Shown here: positions 10,598 through 24,473 of the stretch, one piece after another
How positions within the stretch are numbered: position 1 is the stretch's first letter
Layout of the letters: the number at the start of each line of letters is the position of its first letter
Origin: Octopus bimaculoides
Lineage: Eukaryota
Assembly (NCBI RefSeq): GCF_001194135.2
Contig: NC_068983.1
Coordinates: forward strand, 27,488,374 to 27,552,373
DNA: 64,000 nucleotides
Direction: 5' to 3'
Notes under the pieces: model-generated
The model's input: the letters and a program-made list of their open reading frames with translations, nothing else
What the model was told of the DNA's origin: nothing
The model's database searches: none
Position numbers and translations under genes: made by a program

Positions 10598-12348
10598 CAA
10601 AGTTTACAGATGAGCTGCTGAATTGAAATCTCTATGTTGCTTTGAGCGAAAGTTAAAACTTGCGAAATTGCTCTTCCTCTGTTGTTGGACTACCATGATG
10701 TTTGTTTTAAAAAAGAGAGTTTATGACTGTGATAAAATATTAAAAGTAATATTTACTAACCAAGTGGGCACTATTATACAAAGAAATAATTAGACTTAAA
10801 ATATAAAGATTATTAGAATTGGGAATCAAATGTGAAAATATTATCAAGAGGCTAGCAGAAAACTGCCCCGATGGCAGCCTTTCTACTATTATAAACAATA
10901 TATATATATTATATATTATACATATTTATGTATTTTATATATATGTGTGTGATTATGTGTGTGTGTGTGTCTGTGTGTGTGCTTGTATGTGAGTGTGTGT
11001 ATACTCAAACTTACATTATCACATGTACATCATATATCCACACATACATACGTACATGCCCTACATATACACATGCATGTAAACACGCAGATAAAGACAG
11101 AGAGATAGATAATTACGTAGATAAATAAATAGATAGCTTGAAAGTAAGTGAATCATTTCATGCTTTCAGTTTGCCGATTTTTGTGTTATCTCGGTATCTT
11201 CAGATTTTAAAATTGTGTTGAGATCTTTATTGAAGTGCTGTCCTCTTGACAATTAGATCAATAACATCAGATACCTGCATCAGATACCACACATTAAGTA
11301 TGCTCGTGTGTGTGTAATCAATTCGAATTCAAATGAAATTCTTATTCTTTACTGTTTTTTTAAATGTAGGTTTGTAACTGCTGCTCCATTGTTTTGATTA
11401 TTGTAGTAAGATTTTTTACGGTACCGAAGAGTTAAAAAATATTTAATGTGTTATTTGTATTTGAGAAAGATAGAACCGGACCAAGTTACATATATATAAA
11501 ATTTCCGGTCCCATCTGCCTTTTATAACACTTAAATTACAATAGACAACGCGAACGAATATGAGCTAGTAATAAAACTTATCCCTACTTAGATTCTACGA
11601 TAAATCATATAATTGGTACTTAAGCCACATAATTATGTGATCATTTTCGGAGAGAGGAGCAGCGTTGTGTATCAAGAGGCTTAAATTGATTGAAGAACAC
11701 TCAATGAAGTCCACACTTCAATTAGATATCTTAATTCTTTAATTGTAACATGCCAGATTTAATGTTTTATTGTTTGCAAAATTCATCTCTTATATTCAAT
11801 CATCCACAATTTTACTTTCGTCTTCGAAACCACATAGCCTACTGGTTAGACTATCTTATTCAAAATCATAAAACTGTGAGTTCAGTTCCTAGTTCGTGTG
11901 ATACATTGCATCCTTCAGACAGACACCTATTTTGTTTACTCAGCTGTAATTGGTATCAGCGAACAGCTGATGCAACTTGTTCTCTCTCTATCTTGGTATC
12001 AAACCCTAGGTATCTATGTATGATCAGGATAATATAAGCACCTCAAACAACCGGGGAAAACATGGTACATGCTACTAAGCCATACTCCTGAGTGAGAGCT
12101 GGTTGCAGTATACCTTCAATTTCCTGCTAATTTCTTGGACTTAATTTTCGACGAAAAGAGGACTTTAGTCGGTTGTTGAACCTAATAAAAAACACAATCA
12201 AATCTCTTACACATAAAAGAAAACCATCAAGGCAGGAAAGTCACAACTGTAATGAGTTTGGTCATACTGGTCCGTAGACAGTTGAGAACACTGATCTTGG
12301 GATAATTAACAATAAATATCAATTACGTTTAGACTATAATACTTTCCT

Positions 12349-12681
<333 letters not shown>

Positions 12682-12816
12682 CGCCAAGCTGGAAGTATCT
12701 TAAAAACATCGGAGAAAAAATGCTTTCTCTGTCTCGTTACTTTCTGAGTCCAAAACCCGTCGATCTCAGTTTTACTTTCATACTTTCAGAGTGATAAAAT
12801 AAAATACTAGTCATGT

Positions 12817-13215
12817 GAAGGAGCGTAGCCTAATGGCTGGAGTACTGTCCTCGCGATCGCTAGGTCGAGGTTTCGATTCCCGGACCGGGCGGCGTGTAGT
12901 GTCCTTGAGCAAAGCACTTCATTTCACTGTGCCCTAGTGTTGTGTGGAGGCCAGCATATTAAAGAATAGATCCCAGCTCTTCCTCTGTGTCATAAAAGCC
13001 GATTAAAAGAGGTAGAGGTGAGATCTGCAGTCGGACCACGTAAGAACTTCACCAGCAACGACTACCCAAACGGACCCATACGTTGGTGGGTTGTCGCCAG
13101 AGTGTTGCGAAGGTGTCAATCGCCAAGCGTAGGGAACTTCCAACAAATGCTGAATGCAGCAACGCCCCGTTACAGTACATGTTCCGATACTGCTGCTACT
13201 ACGAAACGTGCTTTG
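12817..13215 (+). mobile_element. tRNA-headed SINE-like element with CORE-like segment and an unexplained GC-rich 3' body
   Basis: A box TAGCCTAATGG, B box GTTTCGATTCC, then GTGTCCTTGAGCAAAGCACTTCATTTCAC as in family D, then ~270 bp GC-rich sequence not matching other SINEs in the window. Confidence 0.6.
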
Positions 13216-13256
13216 AGATCGATCTCCTTGAATAACTCCTCACTGTATAATTTCTG

Positions 13257-13640
13257 GGAGGCGCAATGGCCCCGTGGTTAGGGCAGCGGACTCGCGGTCA
13301 TAGGATCGCGGTTTCGATTCCCAGACCGGGCGTTGTGAGTGTTTATTGAGCGAAAACACCTAAAGTTCCACGTGGCTCCGGCAGGGGATGGTGGCGAACC
13401 CTGCTGTACTCTTTCACCACAACTTTCTCTCACTCTTTCTTCCTGTTTCTGTTGTGCCTGTAATTCAACGGGTCAGCCTTGTCACACTGTGTCACGTTGA
13501 ATATTCCCGAGAACTACGTTAAGGGTACACGTGTCTGTGGAGTGCTCAGCCACTTGCACGTTAATTTCACGAGCAGGCTGTTCCGTTGATCGGATCAACT
13601 GGTACCCTCGTCGTCGTAAGCGACGGAGTGCCAACACAAA
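13257..13640 (+). mobile_element. tRNA-derived SINE family C, full length
   Basis: GGAGGCGCAATGGCCCCGTGG (A box), GTTTCGATTCC (B box), CAACA tail. TSD ATAATTTCTG (13247-13256) / ATAATTTCCG (13641-13650). Closely similar inverted copy at 54257-54663. Confidence 0.92.
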
Positions 13641-13680
13641 ATAATTTCCGGACTTCTGCTAAAACAGTATTCCTATTATC

Positions 13681-13850
13681 AAGGTGTCAAGCTGGCAGCG
13701 GTATTTCTCCTGATTCATTACGTTCCGAGTTCAAATCCCGTCTTTTATACTTTAGGGCTTAATAAAATACTATTTCAGCACTAATATCGATGCAGTCACC
13801 TTACTGCTCTGCTCAGAAGTGCGGGCCTTGAGCCAAAATTTAAAATTATT
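13681..13850 (+). mobile_element. SINE family B, strongly decayed
   Basis: AAGCTGGCAG head, GAGTTCAAATCCC B box, GGGCCTTGAGCCAAAATTT end. Confidence 0.55.
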
Positions 13851-14942
13851 ATAGTTTCTATCTTTATTGTCATTTTTGCTATTTCAAAATCGCAAACATT
13901 TCCTTTTGTTTTAATTCAGCTTAAGTAAGCACATGCGCAGAAACAGAGGAGAAGCAATGCTCCTTTCTAGGAAAGGTAAGTCGATTCCACACCGGATCTG
14001 TACTTATTTTATCGTTCCCGATGTGATGCAAACAATGTCGAGCTTACTGGGGTGTTGAGCTCAGGACATCTCTAATTATTACAAATTATCTTGTTCGATA
14101 GTTTACTGGCTCGCTTAGATAATGAAAATCTGCCACAGATGCTGATCATTAATTAATACATAAGTTCCATTTGCTTTAACCACTTATAAATTAAGAAAAT
14201 AATAATCAGAATGTTCTAATAATAATCACTTTATTCACATCCTGATCTTATACAGGTGCATTGATCAATTAAAATTTGTTAATTGGAACGACACACTAAA
14301 GAGACATCTCCTCAAGTACAGTCTCTACTTCATAAGTAATCCTTCAAGTCAATTCAAGTAGAAATGGCGATCACCAGAGTGATGCGATAAGACTCGCGGA
14401 TGAGGTGAAAGTGATAGAACGTAATTGTATTCTCTTCGTCGGTTTCCGATATTTTATAATGCATTTCATCTTTGATGTCTTTAAGTTGGAATTTGAAAAT
14501 GCGGGCGTCTATTTCTGAACTCATTTATCTTTATATGATTTAAGTTGTGTCATGAATGTCCTATATTTATAGATAAAGCACAATCATATATACTTTTTGC
14601 CTAGCCCACTGCCTATTACTCTAAAAAACTGCTGACTTAATGGGAAATTAAATGGATATTGTGACAAGTTATTCCGATGTACTATACCTGTAACATAGCA
14701 ATATGACTTGAGATTTTCGGAAGGTTAAAATTATTCAAATGACAGAATTGAAAGATATTATTCCAGAACAATATTTTGCAATTAGAAGAGAAGTAGCTCT
14801 CATTAACTTCACTTCACTTTCATTCGAAGACAGAAAATATGAATTATTCTACAAGCACACGCATAACACTCACGCATGCACACAATGTAACAATGCATAC
14901 GCACAAAGCAGGAGCATAAATCCACACACATACTTACGTATG

Positions 14943-15027
<85 letters not shown>

Positions 15028-15567
15028 NNNNNNNNNNNNNNNNNNNNNNNNNNNNNNNNNNNNNNNNNNNNNNNNNNNNNNNNNNNNNNNNNNNNNNNNN
15101 NNNNNNNNNNNNNNNNNNNNNNNNNNNNNNNNNNNNNNNNNNNNNNNNNNNNNNNNNNNNNNNNNNNNNNNNNNNNNNNNNNNNNNNNNNNNNNNNNNNN
15201 NNNNNNNNNNNNNNNNNNNNNNNNNNNNNNNNNNNNNNNNNNNNNNNNNNNNNNNNNNNNNNNNNNNNNNNNNNNNNNNNNNNNNNNNNNNNNNNNNNNN
15301 NNNNNNNNNNNNNNNNNNNNNNNNNNNNNNNNNNNNNNNNNNNNNNNNNNNNNNNNNNNNNNNNNNNNNNNNNNNNNNNNNNNNNNNNNNNNNNNNNNNN
15401 NNNNNNNNNNNNNNNNNNNNNNNNNNNNNNNNNNNNNNNNNNNNNNNNNNNNNNNNNNNNNNNNNNNNNNNNNNNNNNNNNNNNNNNNNNNNNNNNNNNN
15501 NNNNNNNNNNNNNNNNNNNNNNNNNNNNNNNNNNNNNNNNNNNNNNNNNNNNNNNNNNNNNNNNNNN

Positions 15568-15631
<64 letters not shown>

Positions 15632-16672
15632 GATGTGTGTACGTATGCATGTATGTATATCTGTATATAAATAAAGATAGGGAGAGAGAGAGAGCGAAGG
15701 ATGGAGAGAGGTAAATAGACATTGACACTCACACACATACATAAGTGTACGTGCGTGTGTGTGTTACGTAATCTTGTAATAAAATATCAGAATTTTTGTA
15801 AACACACCGACCCATGGTTGCCTAGTCGAAATGATAATTTCTTCCGCCATACTATTTATACACAGATATGAACTTGAAAATGAGATAGAGCAGCAGACAG
15901 ATAGACAGACGAACCTGGGGAACGCATTTTCTTTCACAGAAAATATTATTCACATACTTTTTTATTCTATTGTTTTTAACTGACGGAATCAGTAACATAC
16001 TTCTATAAATGCAATGCTAGATTTCAGCTCAAGTCAACTAAATAATCACAATAATCAGAATGCAGCCGCGCATTATTTTTAATGTCTGAGCAATATTTTC
16101 AAAAACTATGTATGATATATTTCAGGTTATTGTTAACTGCCATGCTTAACTGATCGCGCTTTGAAATTAAGATCCTCTCCCCCAACTATCAACAGATATT
16201 TCATTGACGTGTAAAATGAAATTGGGTTTCGATATTATAATTGCACGCTAATGAGTCACACACACACTCTCTCACACACACATATATAATCATATATNNN
16301 NNNNNNNNNNNNNNNNNNNNNNNNNNNNNNNNNNNNNNNNNNNNNNNNNNNNNNNNNNNNNNNNNNNNNNNNNNNNNNNNNNNNNNNNNNNNNNNNNNNN
16401 NNNNNNNNNNNNNNNNNNNNNNNNNNNNNNNNNNNNNNNNNNNNNNNNNNNNNNNNNNNNNNNNNNNNNNNNNNNNNNNNNNNNNNNNNNNNNNNNNNNN
16501 NNNNNNNNNNNNNNNNNNNNNNNNNNNNNNNNNNNNNNNNNNNNNNNNNNNNNNNNNNNNNNNNNNNNNNNNNNNNNNNNNNNNNNNNNNNNNNNNNNNN
16601 NNNNNNNNNNNNNNNNNNTATATACACATATTTACATATACATATACTTAGATTTTTATAGATAGATAGATG

Positions 16673-16752
<80 letters not shown>

Positions 16753-17521
16753 CGAAGAGCGGGGTGGGGAAGAGACTGAAATTCTTAGATACACATAGAA
16801 AACAACATCTACGTACATGCATGTTCTACACATGCTGCAACTGTGTCTAGACAAAAAGTATCGTTAACAAACGGAAATCACATGTACATGCATGCGAAAA
16901 GGCAATATAATTTCACAATTTCGTCTACTTATACATTTTTTTAAACAATTTATTTTATACTTATACATTTTATAAATAAATTATTTTATTAAATATAATT
17001 CTCGCGCAAAATAACATTTAAATGTTAGAAAGGAGGCTACAAATTCCCTAAAACACTAAATTTTCACCAGAATAGCGTTCCATGTTGACTTCAATTTTGC
17101 ACTTGACTAATTTATTAGATTTTATTGAAATATTTGGTATAAACAGTATATTGATCGAAACAAAATATCGATTGGATCTTAACTGATTTTAGAAATTTGC
17201 TTTTGTATTTCTTTACATAAAATGTGTTTTAAAACATTAAATATTTGCACAGACTCTTTCGTAAATATTCACACAACGTTCATTCATCATACACACATTA
17301 TGATGTATGCATCTCCAGACACATGGCTGCATACGTGTCAGCGCGCGCGTGTGCGTATACATGTGTGTGTGTGTGTGTGCGTGTGAGTGTATGTGTGTTT
17401 GTCCATGCACGGGCATGTATGTGTTCATGTATACGTGTATAAATAATTACATATATATCACTATTTATTGATGCATGTTTATGTGTGTAGTTAAATGCGC
17501 GCTCATGTATTTATGTTTATC

Positions 17522-17745
17522 TTTCATCTTTTACTTGTTATCAGACATTTGACTGCAGCCATTCTGTGGCACCGCTTTAAATAAATATTTAGTCGAATGA
17601 ATGAACTCTAGTACTTATTTTTAGGCCTGGTATTTATTCAATCGGTTTTTGTGCCGAACCGCTAGATTACGTGGTCGCAACCACACTAACATCGGTTGTC
17701 GAATGGTGGGGTGAGACAAACGCGAGTAGACACACACGCACATAC
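17522..17745 (-). mobile_element. SINE family A 3' half (element split by mariner insertion)
   Basis: Reverse complement of the family A tail and body (TTTGACTGCAGCCAT...CCGAACCGCTA...CATCGGTTGTC). Its 5' half is at 18566-18661. Confidence 0.75.
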
Positions 17746-17760
17746 ACACATATATATATA

Positions 17761-18352
17761 TTGAGTTATCCCCTAAATAATGCGGTTTTTTTCAATTGCA
17801 TGCCCGAAAATTCGAAGGGGACGGGATAAACAACCTACATCAACTAGCTATAAAAGTGGGTAGTAATTTTATCGTATCTTTATTCTTAGTGCAAGTTTTG
17901 AAGAGCACAGTCCGATTTTATGTTATTATTTCAAAGCTATAATGGAAGTGGCAAAGGTGCTTATTCGGTATATTTTGCTTTATGAGTTCAATAAAGGCAA
18001 CAACGCAATGGAAAGTGCAAGGAATATTAATGAGGTATATCGGACAATAAGCGTAAGCCAGTGTCAACGGTGGTTCCAGAAATTCCGAGGCAGAAACTAC
18101 AGTCTAGGTGGAGAGCCTCGTCCTGCAAGATATTTAGTACTCAAAACTTCGGTTTTGTTACTCAACCATTCAAGCTCCTCAACTGGTTCCTCAACAGTTA
18201 CAATGGTATTTTGTTCCATCAAGGTTAGCAGGACGTCCTCGTCGAGTACTACATATCTTCCAGGACGAGGTTCGGCTCCTAGACTGTAGTTTTTGGCTCG
18301 GAATTTCTGGAACCACCGTTGACACTGGCTTACGTATATTGTCCAATTCCCC
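17761..18352 (+). mobile_element. Tc1/mariner (mariner-type) transposon: 5' TIR plus transposase N-terminal HTH, with inverted rearrangement
   Basis: TA|TTGAGTTATCCCCTAAATAATGCGG TIR-like end. MEVAKVLIRYILLYEFNKGNNAMESARNINEVY..TISVSQCQRWFQKFR..NYSL..EPRP (Mos1-like HTH) from 17942. The same segment recurs inverted at 18244-18345. Confidence 0.9.
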
Positions 18353-18515
18353 GAAACGCCTGTGTTAAAATGGGGGGTAGCTGATGAAGGAAAATGTTCT
18401 CTATGTAGGCTGTGTGTGTTCTGTACTCTGGTTATTATTTTTTTTGTCTATGTTTTGTTTGTAAAGTCCTGTACCCAGATATGCACCTATATATACAGGT
18501 AGACGTAGGTATACA
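18349..18515. mobile_element. Possible Penelope-like terminal-repeat remnant
   Basis: Contains CCCCGAAAC and CTGATGAAGG boxes within 40 bp and ends at a gap/(TA)n tract. Confidence 0.3.
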
Positions 18516-18526
18516 NNNNNNNNNNA

Positions 18527-18565
<39 letters not shown>

Positions 18566-18566
<1 letters not shown>

Positions 18567-18661
18567 CACATACAATGGGCTACTTTTAATTTCTGTTCAT
18601 TAAATCCAGTCAAATGCCTTTGGTCGGCCCGATGCTGTAGTAGAAGACACTTATCCGAGGT
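18566..18661 (-). mobile_element. SINE family A 5' portion, decayed
   Basis: GCCTTTGGTCGGCCCGATGCTGTAGTAGAAGACACTT is the reverse complement of the family A head-proximal segment. Confidence 0.7.
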
Positions 18662-19192
18662 CTTACCTGCGCTAATTCATGGATACAATAATTGTAATAA
18701 TCGATCGTATAGTGATTCCTATACAGTTCACAGCTGAACAGTAGACATTGGCAAAAGTGTTCCTAAGTTATTTAGCTAAATTATAATCAAAACAATATGC
18801 TTCTTATTTAATTCGTAATTCTTATCCTTACATCTTCTGACGTAAGTTTCTGTTATGCTACTTTTCCTTTCATTGCTGTATCTTCGAACAAAATCTTCAG
18901 CTCTGCGTATGTAAATGATGCGCTGGAATATTTAATATCTGGCTTTTTTGTATATCAAAATTTTCAATACTTAAAATAAATATTACATATTTTTGAATAG
19001 CGCAAAATATTAATATAAAAAAATACTCATATTTCAACCCACATGTTTAGAGTCATAATATATAACGATGGAAGATGGCGACTTCGAAATGAAAAATATG
19101 GAAGTACTATATATAAGTGATGAATTATTTGATACATTGAGCGTGCGTGTGTGCGTGCGTGCCCACGCGTTGTGTGTGTGTGTGTGTGTGTC

Positions 19193-19249
<57 letters not shown>

Positions 19250-21095
19250 NNNNNNNNNNNNNNNNNNNNNNNNNNNNNNNNNNNNNNNNNNNNNNNNNNN
19301 NNNNNNNNNNNNNNNNNNNNNNNNNNNNNNNNNNNNNNNNNNNNNNNNNNNNNNNNNNNNNNNNNNNNNNNNNNNNNNNNNNNNNNNNNNNNNNNNNNNN
19401 NNNNNNNNNNNNNNNNNNNNNNNNNNNNNNNNNNNNNNNNNNNNNNNNNNNNNNNNNNNNNNNNNNNNNNNNNNNNNNNNNNNNNNNNNNNNNNNNNNNN
19501 NNNNNNNNNNNNNNNNNNNNNNNNNNNNNNNNNNNNNNNNNNNNNCATTCGGTGATAGTCTATACTAAATCGACATTTCAATGCCCCATTGAGCACCGCA
19601 ATTTTTTTAATGTATCCATTTCGGATTTCCTACTTACAATTAAAATGTATTTACATCAAGAAACATTCGAAACGAATTCTTTCGGTAACCAAACTGAGCA
19701 CCTAAAATTTGCATTCAAGCTCTCGGCACTAGCCATACATGCGAAGATTTATAAACTACTTTTTTCTTTTTTTGTTCGATGATTTGAAAAAATTTGTTTT
19801 AAGAAAATTAAATAGGTTATGCACACCTTCCACAGTGTTTTGGGCGCTTTTTGGAGGTGTGAAATGGCTACTGCTGGCATTTTATTTTCATTTTTAATCT
19901 GCGGAGAAGGCTATGCGTATATCTTTTTATACGGCCTCCAAAACTGGTGAGATTGTAGGAAGAAAGTTATCCTCAAAATGGAGAAATAATCCGAATGCTT
20001 GCAACAAAGTGGACTCCACTATAGGCATCAGAGGTGGTAGTATAAAAAGAAAGGCAGGTTAAGTGTACCACGCAAGGAGACACAGCGGGAGAAAGTTAAA
20101 ATGGGCAGACCTGAAACTAATACTACATACCATCCGAGTCTATTTTTTCACAACTCTTCCAATCAACAACTCTAGATTGGTACCTCTTCACCTACTCCGA
20201 ATAGATGAAATGCAAAATAACCGTCAGCGGTATCTGAACTAAGAATTGAAAATTACATTTCACCAGTAATCTGACTCACCGGTGCTTACTTCTCAGTATA
20301 CTGCCCTTAAAACTAACAAGTATTACTGACAACTAAAATACTTAAGAAGGTAGATTTTCTAGTACTATTTGATGTCTATTTATTATAAACTATAAATTCG
20401 TAGTTGTTATTCTATATTCTTGATTCATTCTTTTATTTTTTTAGTATTTTTTATTTACATATATATTTTCCAATAACAAATCTTATTTTACTAAGAGAAA
20501 TGAAATCAAGTAAGAGAGATTTTACTCTCTCATATCAAACAGTATGTAATTGTATTAAGCAAGCTTGATCGCATCTTTTGTGTTCTATAGCCGTCGGCTT
20601 TAATTATTTGAGTGGGTTTCGTCAACTTACTTCAGCAAAAACTACATAGCTGTTGGTCAAAAAATAATAATAACATTATATGAAAACAAAATAGTGTTTA
20701 ACAATCCAAGGCAGATGATTCTCGCTATAGCAGCAGTGGACAACAAATATTTCGGCTTCGTTTCGTTCAGTGCAGATAGAAATATTTGCTATTTGTCATC
20801 GAAAAACAATCGTTTGATAATAGAGTATTGTATAAATTTTATTACGTACGCACTCATAATTATGTTTATATATATATGAAACAGTATACAAACAATTTAC
20901 GTATTTATACACAAAAGAGGTGACCTTTAACAGGACACCCTAATGCTAGAAACGACAGTTAAAGCCCAAACCACGAATAAGAGCAATTGCAAAGGGTATA
21001 TAAATATATATATATAATTCTATAATTATATGTGTGTGTGTGTATACACAATCATGTATGTATGTATGTACGTATGTATGTATTATGTATGTATG

Positions 21096-21126
<31 letters not shown>

Positions 21127-21611
21127 GTTCTTAAATTCTTTTTTCCAATCACAATAGGAAATTTTGCATAACCCCACCTTGAGCCAAGTTTTATGAACGC
21201 AAATGAATATAAAGCGGCTGCGGAAGCACGCAGAAGAGTATATATCTTGTATTCAGTCGGTCACACATTGTATGAATATTCATTTATTTAAATTTTAAAT
21301 CAATGAAATGTTTGATATGTTTGTCGAATAACTGGAATATTCATGGGCGAATCTAACGAAGTTCTGTTTTTGTTGCATAAGTAAGTAGGTATTAAAAATT
21401 GGTAATAAAATCCATATTCCTTTTACAAATTCATTGAAAACAATGATACATGTTCTTTAGTACGTGGGAAATCCCTATTAGTGTTGTTTGTTTAAAAATG
21501 TTTTCGTCATGATTTCAGTGATATTAAAATTTGTATAAGCAATTTCTAACGCCTAATTACTTTCCACCCACCTTGTATATATATATGCGTGTGTGTGTAT
21601 GTGTGCGTGTG

Positions 21612-21809
21612 TGTGTTTGTTTGTTTCTCTCGCTACTACCACTTGACTACCGGTATTGTTATGTATGCATCCCCGTAACTTGGCGGTGCGGCAAAGAGAC
21701 CGATACAATATGCACCAGACTTAAAAATAAGTTCTGGGCTCGATTCATTCGACTAAAAATTCAAGGCGGCGGTGCCCCAGCATGGCTGCAGTCTAATGAC
21801 TGAAAAAAG
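21612..21809 (+). mobile_element. SINE family A 3' half
   Basis: CCCCGTAACTTGGCGGTGCGGCAAAGAGACCGATA...GGCGGTGCCCCAGCATGGCTGCAGTCTAATGACTGAAA, preceded by (TG)n. Confidence 0.8.
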
Positions 21810-21929
21810 TCATAGATTAAAGATATATACGTTCGTGTGTGTGTATGGGTGTGTGTGTGTGTGTATGTTTGTGTGTGTGCGTGCGTGCGATTGTGTGTGT
21901 GTGTGTGTGTGTGCGTGTGTCGTTATTAT

Positions 21930-22280
21930 TGGACCAGAGATCATCTGATGCCATCGAAGTGATACTAGGGTTCAAATATACTAAGCCCAATATACCCATC
22001 ATGACAACTCCTCTGATACGGGTACGCCAGGCACATGCATCACAACCTTATGTGCGCGACATGGTGGTCTTATATCACGGTAAACTGCGAATGATCTGCA
22101 GGTAGGGCTCAGTTAGAATTTTCTTCTGGTCGAGTAGCCCATCTCTCTGAAGAGGTCCCTGAAAAAGTTTGTTGCTCAACTGGTTATGGTCAGACAACTG
22201 AATAGCAAACCTGTGGTGCTGAACAGAATATTTGCTGTAGCCTATCTTTTACACCGAGACAAAACATGTACATGTTAACG
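21930..22280. mobile_element. Interspersed GC-richer repeat, possibly an RTE-clade LINE UTR remnant
   Basis: GC-rich island resembling a common octopus repeat as I recall it (TGTGCGCGACATGG...GGTCGAGTAGCCCATC...GAATATTTGCTGTAGCC). Not verified. Confidence 0.35.
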
Positions 22281-23141
22281 TTACCGTGTAACAATATTCT
22301 CTATAAAAGGTATAGAGTGTATTTAGTGGAGGACCAAAACAGGGCAATCAAATGTGAGATTCTGTGGTGCAAAGTCTGCAAGGAATAAAGTACGAAGCCG
22401 TCCAAATATTCTGGTGTAGAGAACCCACACACATTATAAACTATAGCACGTCTTCTAAATTTATATATAAGCTTAACTAATTGATGTCGATTTATGCATG
22501 TGTATCGTGTCTTCTTGTACAAACAGAAATATTTAAAATCATATGGAGATTTTATCATCAGGACTTGTTCATTCTAGTCAAAACAGAATTATATTAATCG
22601 AAATTGCAAATAATAAACTTATGAGAAAGATGTCTAGCAGGTGTCATGCGATCAAGTGCATACGGCTCTCAGTTGTCAGATTTTTAATAAAATAGNNNNN
22701 NNNNNNNNNNNNNNNNNNNNNNNNNNNNNNNNNNNNNNNNNNNNNNNNNNNNNNNNNNNNNNNNNNNNNNNNNNNNNNNNNNNNNNNNNNNNNNNNNNNN
22801 NNNNNNNNNNNNNNNNNNNNNNNNNNNNNNNNNNNNNNNNNNNNNNNNNNNNNNNNNNNNNNNNNNNNNNNNNNNNNNNNNNNNNNNNNNNNNNNNNNNN
22901 NNNNNNNNNNNNNNNNNNNNNNNNNNNNNNNNNNNNNNNNNNNNNNNNNNNNNNNNNNNNNNNNNNNNNNNNNNNNNNNNNATATATATATATATATATA
23001 TATATATAATCGTTTATGCACTAAAAGTTTCCTGTTACGATATTGTGTGTTGAAAGAGATATTGTTTTATTTGTGGATGGCCATTTTTCTCCAGTTAAAC
23101 ACACGCACTATTTATTTCATCATCACTATATTATCATAAAC

Positions 23142-23174
<33 letters not shown>

Positions 23175-23187
23175 GTTATTATTATTA

Positions 23188-23251
<64 letters not shown>

Positions 23252-23494
23252 CTGAACCCACGCCGTCAATAATGACGGCTAATTTTTGTATCCTACTATA
23301 ATAATAATACACTTGTGTCTTCTCCGTCACAACATATGAATGAGAAGGGAACGGGTAATAGATAATAAAGGAAGGAAAGGGTAATGGCAAACTTGGTAGA
23401 GGGATGATGGATATTGTACGGTGAAAAAAATCAAAAAGCGTTTCAACTCTGTGTGAGTATGTGTATGTATGTATAAGGGAGGTATGCGAATGTT

Positions 23495-23566
<72 letters not shown>

Positions 23567-23933
23567 TGTGTGTATCTGTATATCTGTGTGCGTGTGCGAG
23601 TACAATGAGAGTGGGATGGCGGACATTCAACACTGAAAAGAAAACTGAAACAGCGTTTCAACTGTGTGAGTATATGTGTATATGTATCCTAGCAGATACC
23701 GTATTCACTTTTACCTGTTAATATTGGTGGCTAACCTTCGTCTGAAACGCTGTTAATAGCACCCTGAAAAAGCAGCAATTAACACTAAAATGCGCACCTA
23801 GATGTAAAATTTTGCAGCATGCATTGAATTGTAGCAGAAACATATAGGTTGCAGAAATGAAAAGACGTGATTGACTGCAGAGTAAAACTGGATATATAAA
23901 TCTTTGTTCCCTTTATTATTATTATTATTATTA

Positions 23934-24022
<89 letters not shown>

Positions 24023-24424
24023 CATACATATTTATACATATATAAATGTGTGTGTGTGTGTGTGTGCGTGTGTGTGTGGTAAATGAAGGACGGAAGATGG
24101 AAAATGCGAGAATTTACTATTAATCACTACAATTGTTTCGACACACCTAGCATCTATCCCTCACGGGTGGGACACTTCTCAAGTGGTTCAAGAGCATCTG
24201 CCGGTGCAGATGTGTCTTATCGTGTGAGAAATAGACACATCTCTTTAAAATAACAGTTCCGCAATGTGTCTTTTCATTTCGTAGAAAGAAAAGCACCAAA
24301 ACATAAGGAAATGTCTTCCTTTACATAGAAGATCAAAAATAAAATCACAGATTCAAAAAAGGAATGAATACGCAATACAGCGAGAAAAGTGTTAAAAATA
24401 ACTGTTAGCAAATATGGATGTGTG

Positions 24425-24473
<49 letters not shown>

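Noticed and set aside
13257-13335. tRNA-like sequences (also 408-480, 40787-40860, 54590-54663)
   Set aside because: No complete cloverleaf or acceptor stem, and each continues into a SINE body. They are SINE heads, not tRNA genes.
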